From Octopus vulgaris (taxonomy: Eukaryota): a stretch of DNA of 64,000 nt. Under the pieces are notes generated by a model. The model saw only the letters and a program-made list of their open reading frames with translations. It searched no databases and was not told where the DNA came from. Positions within the stretch are counted from its first letter, which is position 1; each line of letters starts with the position of its first letter. Of the stretch, positions 39,121-53,633 are shown piece by piece. Position numbers and translations under genes: made by a program. The stretch covers positions 119,970,001 through 120,034,000 of the forward strand of contig OX597819.1 of assembly GCA_951406725.2 (NCBI GenBank), read 5' to 3'.

Positions 39121-39435
39121 GAGTGAGAGAGCAGTGCATGCCCTCAAAGTGATATTGGGTAAAATATACGGAGCCCAGTATACCCATCATGACTACCCGT
39201 CTGATAAGGATACACTAGGCACATGCATCACAACCATATGTGCGCGACATGGTGATCTCATATCAAGATAAACAGCACATGACCTTTCAGGTGGGGCCCA
39301 CTTAGAATTTTCTTCTGGTCGAGTAACCCATGCCTCTCAAAAGGTCCCTGAATAGGGGTTGTTTCAGGATATTGAACGAAACACCCATGTTTTCAGAGGT
39401 AAATTATTCAAACCCCGAAGAATCTCTCTTATACA
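39121..39435 (-). mobile_element. Probable short retroelement ending in (AAT)n
   Basis: A higher-GC block abuts the (ATT)n tract with a sharp boundary and has no ORF. Orientation is inferred from the tail. Confidence 0.4.
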
Positions 39436-39793
39436 GGACTTAGAAAATTTAAAAGACAGCGGCAGCGAGTGCATGAATCTCAGAGAAGAATATGTGGAAT
39501 AATATCACAATTACATTACCAGCATCCCTCGGATATATCAATATGTGTGTGCGCGAACACGCGCGCGTGTATAAGTGTGTGCATTTGTGTCTGGCTTTGT
39601 CCCCTGCTTCACAACCGACGTTGGTGTGTTTCGGTTCCGGCAACCAAGCGATTCAGCAAAATAAACTGATAGAATAAGTACGAGGCTTTTATGAAACTTA
39701 CGGGCTCGATTCATTCAATTAAACAATTTCTTCAAGACGGTGGTCCAACATGGGTGCACTGTAAGGACTGAAGGAACTAAAGCATAAATGATA

Positions 39794-39834
<41 letters not shown>

Positions 39835-39836
<2 letters not shown>

Positions 39837-40175
39837 ATAAAATTATAATTATACTATATGTTATATATTTATTATATCATACCTTGATAATGTGTGGACT
39901 AAGATCCCCGTAGACAGACTGCTGGTATTTATAGTTCTAAACACTCTCGGTATGCAAATTAGAGACCCCTTCATAGAGTAACTGTTGCATTTGTTGAGTA
40001 TATAAGCAGTTTGGCTGATTCTTTCTCTGCAGATTGCCACAATGGTGTGGACACCGCTGATGAGAACCCAATAAGGTTCGGAAACCGATTAAGATTGTGT
40101 ATATTTTTTTTCAGTCTCCGGAGATGGCTAACATTTGTGCTGTTTATAATTATACCATATGTTATATATATTTAT
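39835..40175 (+). mobile_element. (TA)n-flanked element with terminal direct repeat and hammerhead core (40057-40085)
   Basis: ttataattatacyatatgttatata at ~39843 and ~40145 (about 300-nt period). Core CTGATGA-GAACC-caataa-GGTTC-g-GAAAC. Confidence 0.55.
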
Positions 40176-40438
40176 ATATATATATATATATACTTCCATT
40201 TTATATCCATACTAGATATAACTACATAGCTACTGCTATACTTGGGTCCCACCGTTTAATTTACTACACTTTCATTACTTGAAAGCTATGTGACATTTGG
40301 TGAATGAGCTATTTTCGTGCTGCGGTCTTCGTCTGCGTTTCTTGCCCCGAGGTACGTTCACCTGGAACTCTTGACACATAGTCTTACACCGTCTCACAAA
40401 GTCTAGGAAATGCATCCAAACAACACACTCTCAAACAT

Positions 40439-40491
<53 letters not shown>

Positions 40492-40645
40492 TAGAAAAAA
40501 AACACTTTTATCATTTCAAAATGAATAATTAAATTACACCATCTAGAAAATTACATATAATAGAAAAGTTAAACTTAAAATAACAATTAAAAAGTAAAGA
40601 TTCAGTAAATTAAAAAAATGATATAATGTGTATAATAGGTAGAAA

Positions 40646-40732
40646 AACGACACGTGTTTCGCTGCTATATTCAAGAAATGATTATAGTAGTAGAGAAATC
40701 ACTTGCATATAAATATAGTCGCTCATCAGGTT
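40646..40732 (-). ncRNA. Type I hammerhead ribozyme with extended stem II, inside (TA)n-flanked element ~40485-41100
   Basis: The minus strand reads AAC-CTGATGA-GC...GC-GAAAC-ACGT-GTC-GTT. Stem II pairs CTATATT/AATATAG, CAAG/CTTG and TGATT/AATCA. Stem III is the palindrome ACACGTGT. Confidence 0.75.
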
Positions 40733-41169
40733 AAAAATATAATAGAACAGTAAAATAATTAACTAATATATATACTTTAATATATATATATGAAAATTCT
40801 AAATATACATAATTGAAAAATAAAATAATACTTAAATAATTAAATACCTTAAAATTAAATAAAATACACAAATCTATTACAAGTCATTAAATAGTAATCA
40901 AAGTAAGAAATGTTTCAAATATAGACGAACTCCTTACATAAGCTAACCATATAATAAATATACATGTGTAGTATCTATAGATTTAATGTAACAAACTATA
41001 ACAAAATAGACTAAATATCGAATGATATAATACCTAATTAACTTCAATTTAGTATTACAAATACATAATCCACCTAAATATCAATAAATAATATAATATA
41101 TTATATATATATATATATATATGCACACACATATATATATATATATATGTATGTATATATATATATATG

Positions 41170-41249
<80 letters not shown>

Positions 41250-41290
41250 TATATATATATACATATATATATATATAGACACATATATGC

Positions 41291-41336
<46 letters not shown>

Positions 41337-41374
41337 GCATATATATATATACATGCATATATATATATACATGC

Positions 41375-41437
<63 letters not shown>

Positions 41438-41784
41438 CATGCATGTGTGTATGTATGTATGTAATTATTAAGGTTTACTTCAAGATTTCCTACCAATAGA
41501 GAAAGAGATGATTTCTAACCCAGATCCAAGCCTCCTTCATTAGATTTTCAAGAACATCAACAAATTTTTTTCTATGTATGTATTCGTGTAGATTCGTATG
41601 TTTTGTTTTATGTATGTCTTCTCGTGCATATATTTGAATATCTAGAAATGCTCCATATATACTTAAATGATAAATGCCTGGAAAGTCTTACAGACTTTTA
41701 CAATTCCAGAGATAGATTCGATGTGTAATCTTCGAATCAGCTTTCTCCCCTCTGGTTTAGAGCAGCCTAATTTCTTCAGACTGG

Positions 41785-42191
41785 TATTTAGGCAGCGTAT
41801 TACATATACCAGTGTCCCAATAATTACAGGTATGTATGTATGTTTGTGAGTTTCTATGTATGTATGATAGTGTGACGTCAGCCGGCATTTTCTAGAGTAC
41901 TTGTGACTATGTAGTCTAAAGTCGATCGTTCTGTGTTAAGTGTCTGTATCACAAAAAACAAGCACTTCTTAGAGTAATGAATGAAATATTTAGGCAGTGT
42001 ATTACATATCCCAGTGTCCCAATAATTACAGGTATGTATGTATGTTTGTGAGTTTCTATGTATGTATGATAGTGTGACGTCAGCCGGCATTTTCTAGAGT
42101 ATTTGTGACTATGTAGTCTAAAGTCGATCGTTCTGTGTTAAGTGTCTGTATCACAAAAAAACAAGCACTACTTAGAGTAATGAATGAAATA
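41785..42191. repeat. 202-bp tandem duplication, near identical
   Basis: ggcag(c/t)gtattacatat...gagtaatgaatgaaata occurs at 41791 and 41993. Confidence 0.9.
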
Positions 42192-42766
42192 CAAGCAGAC
42201 TTGTAATAAGGGGATTGTCGAAAATATTACAGTAGTAGCAAACGGAAATTTTTCATTATTCCATCTGTAAATAAGTTATGAGAAACTGAGAAACACAAAA
42301 TAATTCTACTACTCTCAGAACATTGCCAGCGCATTAGTGATTCATTAGAAATATGCTGTCGTATTGAGAAAGCAGTGAAGAGGAAAAACACTACAAACAG
42401 AAAATTTACGAACATTAGTAATATTATTACAGCCTCGGATATTTCATTTATTTCGTTTTTCATTCTTTCCTTGCTGAATAACAGAATCACTAAATCGACA
42501 AATTCATAGGATAATCGTATAAAGAAATTGCGGTTTCACGTTCGCGTAGAAGTTGTTGTCTGTTTTTTCATATATATATTTTTTTTCTTTGTTTTTTATT
42601 TCTCCCCATTCTAGCTGTTTGTGCTCTTTTTTTTTTACTCATCTACGGTAGTAACAATATTCCATCTTTTTTTTTATCCTGTGTCAGTACGGCTCTTTAA
42701 TTATCTTTCTCCATCTCATTTTTTCGCTTGTTTCTGTGTGTTATATTTATATACATATGTGTATAA

Positions 42767-42826
<60 letters not shown>

Positions 42827-44104
42827 TTGCATATATATATGTATATATACATATTTATATATATATATGTGTGTGTGTGTGTGTATATATATATACATAT
42901 ATATATATTGATGCATACATACACAAACACACACACATATATATACAGTATATATACGTTATATATATGTATGTCTATGTGTGAGAATATGAGTGTGTGA
43001 TTGGATGCTTATATATCAGCATAGTCACATATCGTTATGCTTATATACGCATATTTATAGATATATGTATATTTTGCCTGTATGTATATATATATATCAT
43101 ATACATATAAATACATATATGTACACACACATATATATATACATGCAAATGTACATACGTATATATATATATACTATATTCTATATATAGGTGTGTATGT
43201 ATGCATATATTTATGTATGTGTATAAATATATGTATATATATATGCATATGTATATATATATATATATATGTATATGTATATACATATATATGTGTATAC
43301 ATATATATATGTATGTGTACATATATGCATGTATGCATATATATGAATGTATGTATATCCGTTCACCGCGTTATTTTTTCTCAGTAAACATTAATTATAC
43401 ACACACGTATGCATACATCATGTACAAGTGTGAGCGTGTGTGAGAGAAAGAGAGGAAGTGACAGAGCCTGTGTTTGAGTTTATTGGTAGATATTTGGTTC
43501 CATGTACCTGTGTATAAGAATTAATCTTGTATCTAATTATCTTCAAGATAATGATATTGTTATGCCGTGAACAAATATCGTCAGGTTATCTGAGTACAAG
43601 CCAACGCGAAACATTCATAACAATACAATGCTCCGCCATTGTAAATATAATGTTTTATGAGAATTGTGTAAGATGAAAAGGTTACAAATGTGACTGCAAA
43701 TTGCTCGAAAGTCATATAGTATAATAATATATTTACCTTTTCATTGTATAGATACGAGCTCGATTCTCTCTATAACTATATGGATTCCGTGATTTCTTCC
43801 GTGATGTCCACGTGCATACATATTTAATAGACATACATAAAGTGAATAAAGTTGATGCTAATCAGATTTATTGGGTAAAATTCATTCAGAGTTGATATAA
43901 TTTCTCTTCTCTTCTACTTTTAGTGGAATAAATTCTATTATAGTTACAAGTAGAGCTGTAGAGCTTAGAAATTCGCTTTCCAACCGCTTGGTTTCGTGGT
44001 CAATCATTGTATAGTTAGCGATTTTGATAAACACTCCCTACCTGGAGACCCATTGTGTATATATGCGAAAAAATTTAACTGAGGAAGGTTTAAGTATTCT
44101 ATGC

Positions 44105-44495
44105 ATTTTTTACTCTTGTTTCAGTCCTTTTGACTGTGGCCATGCTGGAGCCACTGGCTTTAGTCGAGTAAATCGACCCCAGAACTTATTCTTTGAAGCC
44201 TAGTACTTATTCTGGCTGTCTCTTTTACCTAACCGCTACGTTACGGGGACGTAAACACACCAGCATCGGTTGTCAAGTGATGTTAGGAGGACAAACACAG
44301 ACACACAAACATATACACATATATATACATATATACGACAGGCTTCTTTCTGTTTCCGTCTACCAAATACGCTCACAAGGCTTTGGTCGGCTCGAGGCTA
44401 GAGTAGAAGACGCTTGCCCAAGGTGCTACGCAGTGGGACTGAACCCGGAACCATGTGGTTCGTTAGAAAGCTACTTACCGCACAACCACTCCTTC
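44105..44495 (-). mobile_element. SINE family A, full length
   Basis: Tail-to-head match to family A. Confidence 0.9.
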
Positions 44496-45590
44496 TTGTT
44501 CAATATTACACAAAGCTAAAATATGTGTATGTTAAATGATTTCAAAATATTTGTTTTTGACTCCATTATTATAACTAATCCGACCCGATGCTAGTGCAAA
44601 CTAACCGGCCTTGACTCCACTTGTGCGGATAGAAGTGAGTCGATTCTTTCGACTAAACGTTTCAAGCGGGGACTCAAATATGGCCGTAGTACAACGACAG
44701 AAACCACTAAAGGATGACAGCTATGTATAGTGGTAGAAGCGTTACAGTATCAAACGAAACGCCTCTAAATATTTATATGTAGGCTGTTGCTAGTGATATG
44801 AAAGCGTCGGTGAGAAAATGGAGAATAACCGAGAAATTATATCATTTGAGTCACATGCCTCTTCTTTCCAAAATATTTTGTGGCATAACGGTTTAATATT
44901 GGAAATATATTTTACTTGTGCTCTCAATATCTAAAGCAGACTGGAAAATATCGATATATTGATAAAACTTTCAAAATATTTAACCTAATTAGTGTGCTTT
45001 TATGTTGTATATTTATTATATAGAACATAGACCACGTAGATATTAGGTGTATTTATTGATTTCTAATCTAAGTACAAGAGCAGAGCCCTATCTCTTGTAA
45101 ACATGAAAAACGTCAACAGAATACAATTTCCCCTGTGAAAAACTGAAAGTTTGTAACATGCTTGTAGTATTTAAAGGAGAGGTTAGCTGGAGTTGAACAC
45201 AGCGTTTTTGATGTTTCCTAGCCAAAACCTATGTTAACACGCGACTATTTATAGATTTGTGTGTCTGAAGTAAAACCACCCCCCAAAAGAATTAATTCAC
45301 CCACACACGCAGAAAAATATCTAAATACACGCATGCATACAGACAGACACGCCAAGAGACAGACATAGATACAAACAGATAGATAGATATAGATATATAC
45401 ACGCATATACACAGCGTGTGGAGAACTACATTGGAGGATAAATACTCTTTATTTTGGGGGTAACAAGGCAACCAATGGTTTCATGATTTGAGAGCTGCAC
45501 AATTGTTCAATCGTGCCACATGGACATATTTGTTCTCGTTTCCATTTTGGATACAAAAATGAAGACAAGTACCTGCACTTCCATATATAC

Positions 45591-45637
<47 letters not shown>

Positions 45638-45981
45638 GCGTGTATGTGTGTTTGTGTGTGTACATCTGTGCGTGTATCTGTCTGTCACTTTGTATGGTTA
45701 AAAAGACATTGGCAATTTACTGCTTCATTATTTTGTATCTCTCAGAGGGCTAAAGTAATATTGTTTAATATATTGATTTTTTCCCCCACAAAATACTGAG
45801 GAATGCTTTTTTAAAAGAAAAAAGAATTGTAAAATGAAGAAACCTATTTCAGATTCAAATTAATGCTTATTTATACATACGCCAAAATTGAAGCGCTTTG
45901 GTATCAAAATGAATATATTCAGATAACACAATACATACATATGCACATCTATACATCCATACATGTATACATGCATACACG

Positions 45982-46374
<393 letters not shown>

Positions 46375-46375
46375 A

Positions 46376-46777
46376 CGGGTGTGTATGTTCTACCTGAGAG
46401 GTTCCTGCTGGCACGGAAAGGAAGGTGCAGGCTGCCGCTTTGCACATCGGGGACCCTGCCGCAGAGACACGAGGCAGATGGACAAACCATCAACACAAAG
46501 AAAAGGGATGGACTACGCACCACCTGCCCCAAAGCGGAGGTACGCAGATGTTGTGCGCGCCACAAACAGCCAACATGATGTTGTCGAAAGAGCAGCTGCT
46601 GAGCAACAATCTTTTTTGTGCATGGCACAAAAGATCGTACAGCAGCTGACCTGGCTTCATCAAACCCAAGCCCGCAGGTGGGACTACCCACTATATACCA
46701 GACCACCACAGCAAACAGACACAGGATGGACACCGCCGGCAACAACAACGTACACCTCACCTCGATACTCCTACTGA
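46376..46777 (+). CDS. LINE ORF1 C-terminal remnant with CCCH-type zinc finger
   Basis: [22 protein letters not shown] (C-x7-C-x8-C-x3-H). The stop at 46777 overlaps the ORF2 start. Confidence 0.6.
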   Translation, partial: RVCMFYLRGSCWHGKEGAGCRFAHRGPCRRDTRQMDKPSTQRKGMDYAPPAPKRRYADVVRATNSQHDVVERAAAEQQSFLCMAQKIVQQLTWLHQTQARRWDYPLYTRPPQQTDTGWTPPATTTYTSPRYSY

Positions 46778-49725
46778 ACATCAGAGGACTGCAAACACTC
46801 AGTAACAGGACAAAGATCCCGTTCCTGAGAGACTTTGTTGCATGCAATCAAGCCTTATGCATAGCACTTACAGAAACGCACCTGAAACCGGACATAGCAG
46901 ATGCGGAGTTACACATACCACAGTATGCTGTACTACGGACCGACAGGAAAGAAAGGAGTCATGGAGGTGTTGCTATGTACATCCGTGAGGACCTCACACC
47001 CCAGGTCCTCTTGTCATACTCAAACTCGGTGTGTGACACACTAATTGTACATATTAGGCAACTTGATGTAGTTGTGTGTGCTACATATCGCCCTCCAGAT
47101 GCCCCAAGCCATGTGGGCAAGTTCGAAGACTGCCTTATAAAAATAGAAGAAATTCTAACCACATTAGAACAACACATAGGTGTGCTTCTTATGGGAGACT
47201 TCAATCTGCCCAATGTCAGATGGCCCGAGGGCCTTTCTCTCCCAGGAATGACAAGATGTGAACGAGGACAGGCGAGGTCCCTCCTGAACCTCATCAACAC
47301 CCTGTACATGGAGCAGGTAATACTCCAACCAACCAGGGCAGGTAACACACTGGATCTCTGCTTCACAAATGACATGGATCTCATCCATAATGTGAAAGTG
47401 ACACCGACACTACTCTCGGATCACAACATGGTAGAGCTGACCATGTACGGGCCAAAAGAGAGCACGGACATGCAGCCTACAAGAAACCCTCAAAATCTTT
47501 CCAGCTTGAACTACCATAAGGCAAACTGGAAACAAATTGAGAAAGAGATCCTCAAACAAAACTGGCCTGAATGTCTCTCCTCGCCAGACATCGACGTGAA
47601 ACTTCAACAATTCATGTCTGTAATGCAAGCCATATGCTACAAATATGTCCCAGAGAGAAAGGCCACTGTACACAAGAACAAAATCCCCAGAGAGAGGAAA
47701 ATTCTAATGAGACGGCGTACAAAATTTTCAAATCGCCTAAACAAACAGATTGAAAGCAGTGAAAAGTCCCGCCTAAAAATAAAACTGTTGGAAATCGAAA
47801 AATGTCTGAAACTCTCCCATGAAAAGGAAAGAGCAGACAAAGAAGCCTGGGCTATAGACAACATAAAATCTAACCCCAGAGCTTTCTACAGGTATGCCAA
47901 AGTAACAGCTACGGTGCACTGTAGAATAGGGCCACTCCTCGAAAAGGATGGCACACTTACAGGAAAACCAATGAGGGTAAGTGAAATACTGAATGAGCAA
48001 TTCAAGAGTGTTTTCACTCCACCCCTTGGGCATCTCCAAATCACCAATCCAACTGACATTTTTACCACTGCAGATATAAAATCAGAGGCGGCGACGATAG
48101 ATTACATCGATATAAAGGAAGACGATGTAATCAAGGCTATAGATGAAATGAAAACAGACTCAGCTACTGGCCCCGATGGATTCCCGGCAATCCTCCTAAA
48201 AGTATGTAAGAGAGTCCTAGCAAGACCACTGCAGTTCCTCTTTCAGAGCTTCCTTGCAGCTGGCAAACTTCCAGGAAAACTGAAGGAAGGTAAAATATGC
48301 CCCATTCATAAAGGAGGTAGCAGAGCGGAAGCCAAGAACTATAGACCTATCTCTCTGACCTCACACATCAGCAAGGTCATGGAACGAATAGTCAGAAGGA
48401 AGCTGATCACCTTCCTTGAAGAAAATGACTTGCTGCCCGACACCCAACATGGTTTTCGACCAGGGAGAAGCTGTTTAACTCAGCTCCTACAACACTATGA
48501 CTGGGTGCTGAAACGGCTGCTCAACCACTCAAATGTGGAAGTGATATATCTCGACTTTGCAAAGGCCTTTGATAAAGTCGATCATGGAATGATATGTCAC
48601 AAACTGCGTGATCTCAACATAGTTGGAAAACTGGGAGAATGGCTTCATGACTTTCTGAAGGATAGAAGTCAGGTGGTAGTAGCCAATGGGGCCACCTCCA
48701 TTAACACACAAATAGTGAGCGGTGTTCCGCAGGGCACTGTTCTGGGACCACTACTGTTCATAATGGCCCTCTCAGACATGCCCTCAGCCACGCAGAGAGC
48801 CACGATCACAAGTTATGCAGATGATACAAAAGTTTCACAGGCAATACAGAACCCTGAGGACACTAAACACCTGCAATGTGAGCTAGACGAAATATACAAG
48901 TGGGCTGAAAAGAATAGCATGCAGTTCAATGCTGGAAAGTTTCAAGCTTTATACTATCAGCATGCAAAACTGAATGCAATACCCAATGAATACACTGGAC
49001 CCGGAGGGATTGCAATCCCAGAGGCACAATCAGTGCGTGACCTGGGTATTCACATGAGTGATGACGCGACCTTTCATGTACATGTTGCTAAACTGACAAT
49101 GAAATGTAGACGGCTGGCTGGATGGATTCTTAGAACCTTTAGAACAAGAGAACAAGAAACCATGATGGTCCTCTGGAAGACACTTGTCCTAAGCCACTTT
49201 GACTATTGCTCTCAGCTATGGTCACCATCCAGTGTCAAGTTGATCACAGAACTTGAGGCGATCCAACGAAGCTACACGAAGAAGATAGCCTCTATGCAGA
49301 ATGTAAGCTACTGGGAAAGACTCAAGAGATTAAAATTATATTCCCTGGAGCGTAGGCGGGAAAGATATGCCATAATATACATCTGGAAGATCCTGGAGGG
49401 AAGTGTCCTGAACTTTGGCATCGAGAGTTACGCAAATGCCAGAACTGGGCGCCACTGCGTGGTGCCTAGGACTCCAAACCTGCCATCAAGATGTAGGACA
49501 AGATACTGTGATAGCCTTGGCTTCCGAGGCCCACAGCTCTTCAATATCCTCCCGAAGAACCTGAGAGACCTGCATGGGGTGGATACAGATGTCTTTAAAA
49601 TGAAGCTGGATCTCTTCCTGTCAGGTGTCCCAGATGAACCAACTTCACGGCAGGAGGGGCAGATGAGGGCAGCTGCATCGAACTCTCTCATGCACCAAAT
49701 AGCAGTTGCTAGAAAGCCTCCATGA
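46726..49725 (+). CDS. LINE ORF2: AP endonuclease + reverse transcriptase (999 aa from ATG 46726)
   Basis: APE motifs [18 protein letters not shown] and LSDH. RT motifs [35 protein letters not shown] and DLG. No stops or frameshifts. Confidence 0.97.
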   Translation: MDTAGNNNVHLTSILLLNIRGLQTLSNRTKIPFLRDFVACNQALCIALTETHLKPDIADAELHIPQYAVLRTDRKERSHGGVAMYIREDLTPQVLLSYSNSVCDTLIVHIRQLDVVVCATYRPPDAPSHVGKFEDCLIKIEEILTTLEQHIGVLLMGDFNLPNVRWPEGLSLPGMTRCERGQARSLLNLINTLYMEQVILQPTRAGNTLDLCFTNDMDLIHNVKVTPTLLSDHNMVELTMYGPKESTDMQPTRNPQNLSSLNYHKANWKQIEKEILKQNWPECLSSPDIDVKLQQFMSVMQAICYKYVPERKATVHKNKIPRERKILMRRRTKFSNRLNKQIESSEKSRLKIKLLEIEKCLKLSHEKERADKEAWAIDNIKSNPRAFYRYAKVTATVHCRIGPLLEKDGTLTGKPMRVSEILNEQFKSVFTPPLGHLQITNPTDIFTTADIKSEAATIDYIDIKEDDVIKAIDEMKTDSATGPDGFPAILLKVCKRVLARPLQFLFQSFLAAGKLPGKLKEGKICPIHKGGSRAEAKNYRPISLTSHISKVMERIVRRKLITFLEENDLLPDTQHGFRPGRSCLTQLLQHYDWVLKRLLNHSNVEVIYLDFAKAFDKVDHGMICHKLRDLNIVGKLGEWLHDFLKDRSQVVVANGATSINTQIVSGVPQGTVLGPLLFIMALSDMPSATQRATITSYADDTKVSQAIQNPEDTKHLQCELDEIYKWAEKNSMQFNAGKFQALYYQHAKLNAIPNEYTGPGGIAIPEAQSVRDLGIHMSDDATFHVHVAKLTMKCRRLAGWILRTFRTREQETMMVLWKTLVLSHFDYCSQLWSPSSVKLITELEAIQRSYTKKIASMQNVSYWERLKRLKLYSLERRRERYAIIYIWKILEGSVLNFGIESYANARTGRHCVVPRTPNLPSRCRTRYCDSLGFRGPQLFNILPKNLRDLHGVDTDVFKMKLDLFLSGVPDEPTSRQEGQMRAAASNSLMHQIAVARKPP

Positions 49726-49793
49726 AGTGAAACCAAGTAGCAACACCAAATGGCGGTGCCCCAGCATGGCCACAGCTCATAAGCTGAAACTAG

Positions 49794-50300
<507 letters not shown>

Positions 50301-50400
50301 TGACACATACATGCATACAAGCACAAATATATATATACACGCAGGCAAAAATATGTCTGTACATATTATTAGAGATGTATGGAAATTTACACACACAAAC

Positions 50401-50455
<55 letters not shown>

Positions 50456-51666
50456 CATACATAGATACATACATAGATACATACATACATACGTATATGT
50501 TTGAAATGAAATCAAAAACATACGTAAAGAGATATACATTCACTTAGAAAGCCAGACTCGCACACGTTCGCACGTATACTGTCACACACACACACATATA
50601 TATACATGCATGCCTACACATGCACATATATGTATAGTTATGTGTGGATGTATGTATGTAGGGCAGACTCAGACGTTGTACATTTTCGACGACCTTTTAA
50701 AACGCAACATATGTTTGATACATTAATTTTTTTCTTTTTTTTTTTGTTCTACGTTATTTATTGATTTATTCGAAATAATCTGATAGCAAAAATAATTATA
50801 CGATCGACATTACAAGAGAAGAAAACACAATATTTAATAGAATATATTAAAATATAAATCAACAACCACATTTGTTTCAACAAATATTTTAAATTTTATA
50901 TTATGAGACTTATTGGGAGGAAAAAAGAAGTGCTGAGAAATGAAAGTTTAATTTTCAAAATATGAAGACAAATTTAATATCTATTGCAGGATCTTTTCAA
51001 TTCAGTTTGTTTTCTTTCCTTGATTATATTTTCTGTAATTGTTTGTTTTATTCAACCTAAAGGCGCCTATAATAAATTGAATTATATATCACGGTTTTGA
51101 AATACAATGAATTTAAGATATTTAAACATTCAGCTTATACTATGATAGTGTAATTTTAACTCCTGTATTTTATAATTTTCTTTCGATTCATTATTTACTT
51201 TAAATATTGCTGTATTTCTAATTATATTTTTGCGATTCATATTTTCCGAAGATCAAGACCTTTACTAAAGCTTAGTACCATTCTGCGCAGAATACCAACA
51301 AATATTCCCATAAATTAGTGATTCCCAAACATGTTTTACAGCAGAATCCTTTAGAGAATTACAAAACCGCACCTTACGTGCAATGACCAACATTCTTATT
51401 TTAATGAAACATCTCAAACAAAAATTGCTTTAGGCAAATCACTTTTTGATAGAATATACATGTATATTACTTAGAGAATTATGAATGTTCATTTTTTATT
51501 GAATGTAATTAAAGACTATTTATCTGGTGGAATCTCAGAAAATTTCACTTATTTTGCGAAATACTACCATAAATAAATTCTTTACTCTATGAATATCAAT
51601 AATTTCAGGCATAACATAGAATTGTGACCAAGTGATAACTTCAAATTTTACAACACTACTGGTTAA

Positions 51667-53225
51667 CATAGCTAGTGTATATAGCTAGTGTATATTGCTG
51701 CTCTAACTAGCTGGTGTATATAGCTGGTGGAAATAGCTGGTGGATATATCTGGTGGATATAGCTGGTGTATATAGCTGGTGTATATAGCTCATAAAATAG
51801 CTTGTATATATAGCTGGTGTATATAGCTAGAGTATATAGCTGGTGGATATACCTGGTGGATATAGCCTGTGTATATAGCTGATGTACATAGCTAGTGTAT
51901 ATAGCTGATGTACATAGCTAGTGTATATAACTGGTGTATCAAGCTGGTATATATAGAAGGTGTATCTAGCTGGTATATATAGCAGGTGGATATAGCTGGT
52001 GTATATAGATGGTGGATATAGGTGGTGTATACAACTAGTGTATGTAGATGGAGGACATAGTGTATATAGCTAGTGTATATTGCTGCTCTATCTAGCTGGT
52101 GTATATAGCTGGTGTATATAGCTCGTGAAAATAGCTTGTATATATAGCTGGTGTATATAGCTAGTGTATATAGCTGGTATATCTAGCTGGTGGATATACC
52201 TGGTGGATATAGCTAGTGTATATAGCTGATGTACATAAGCTAGTGTATATAGCTGATGTACATAGCTAGTGTATATAGCTGATGTACATAGCTAGTGCAT
52301 ATAACTGGTGTATCAAGATGATATATATAGCAGGTGTATCTAGCTGGTATATATAGCAGGTGGATAAGCTGGTGTATATAGATCGTGGATATAGGTGGTG
52401 TATACAACTAGTGTATGCAGATGGAGGACATAGTTAGTGTATATAGCTAGTGTATATAGCTGGTGTATATAGGTAGTGTATATAGTTGGTGTAGATAGGT
52501 GGTGGATATAGCTGGTGTATATTGCTGGTGTATATAGGTAGTGTATATAGCTAGTGTATATAGGTGGAGGACATAGCTAGTGTATATAGCTGGTGTATAC
52601 TGTTGGTATATCTAGCTGGTGTATATAGCTGGTAAACACAGCTGGTGTATATAGCTGGTGGACATAGCTTGTGTATATAGCTGGTGTATACTGTTGGTAT
52701 ATCTAGCTGGTGTATATAGGTAGAGGACATAGCTAGTGTATATAGCTGGTGTATATAGCTGGTGGACATAGCTGGTGTATATAGCTGGTGTATATAGCTG
52801 GTGGACATAGCTGGTGTATATAGCTGGTGTATATAGCTGGTGTATATAGCCGGTGTAAATAACTGGTAGGCATTGCTGGTGTATATAGCTGTGGACATAG
52901 CTGGTGTATATAGCTGGTGTATATAGCTGGTGGACATAGCTGGTGTATTTGCTGGTGTATATAGGTAGTGTGTATATAGTTGGTGTAGATAGGTGGTGGA
53001 TGTAGCTTGTGTATATAACTAATGTATATAGCTAGAGTATATAGCTGGTATATCTAGCTGGTGTATATAGCTGGTGTATATAACTAGTTAATATAGCTAG
53101 TGTATATAGCTAGTATATCTAACTGGTGTATATAGCTGGTTTATATAGCTGGTGTATATAGGTGGTGTATATAGGTGGTGGATATAGGTGGTGTATATAA
53201 CTGGTATATATAGCCTGGTGGATAT
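51667..53225. repeat. 13-bp minisatellite (TAGCTGGTGTATA)n, about 1.55 kb
   Basis: Direct reading. A higher-order duplication of ~385 bp is marked by ttgctgctct at 51695 and 52080. Confidence 0.95.
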
Positions 53226-53357
53226 TGCAATGACCTGATACGCTAAAACTAGGTAACTTCCGGTGTTTGTAATTTCAATCTAGTATCGACGCCACCATTT
53301 AACCAGTATAAAGCACTCTATGTGTTTGTTAAAATGCTGAATTGAAGAATTTCATAT

Positions 53358-53575
53358 TCCTTTACTTGTTTCAGTCAGTGGATTACTGTCATACTGGAGC
53401 ACCGCCTTGAAGTGTTTTATTTGAACAAATCGACCCCAGTTCTTAAACCTACAACTTATTATATCGGTATTTTGCTGAACCGGTAATTTACGGGATCATG
53501 TACACACCAACACTGGTTGTCAAACGGTAATGGCAGTTGGGGGTGCCAAAAAGACACAAAGACTTACACACAAAG
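53358..53575 (-). mobile_element. SINE family A 3' half, diverged
   Basis: tttacttgtttcagtca...ctggagcaccgcc...aaatcgacccc. Confidence 0.75.
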
Positions 53576-53594
53576 AGTATATATATACATATGC

Positions 53595-53633
<39 letters not shown>

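Larger units (their letters stand above)
46376..49823 (+). mobile_element. CR1/L2-group LINE, 5'-truncated within ORF1, intact ORF2
   Basis: ORF1 remnant, full ORF2, ~70-nt 3' UTR and (ATCA)n tail, embedded in (TA)n. Confidence 0.95.

Noticed and set aside
46959-48711. Antisense ORFs inside the LINE
   Set aside because: Shadow ORFs of ORF2 with no independent motifs.
51667-53225. CRISPR-like or repeat-protein interpretation of the array
   Set aside because: Contiguous 13-mers without unique spacers, in a eukaryotic context. ORF 52551-52937 is a repeat artefact.
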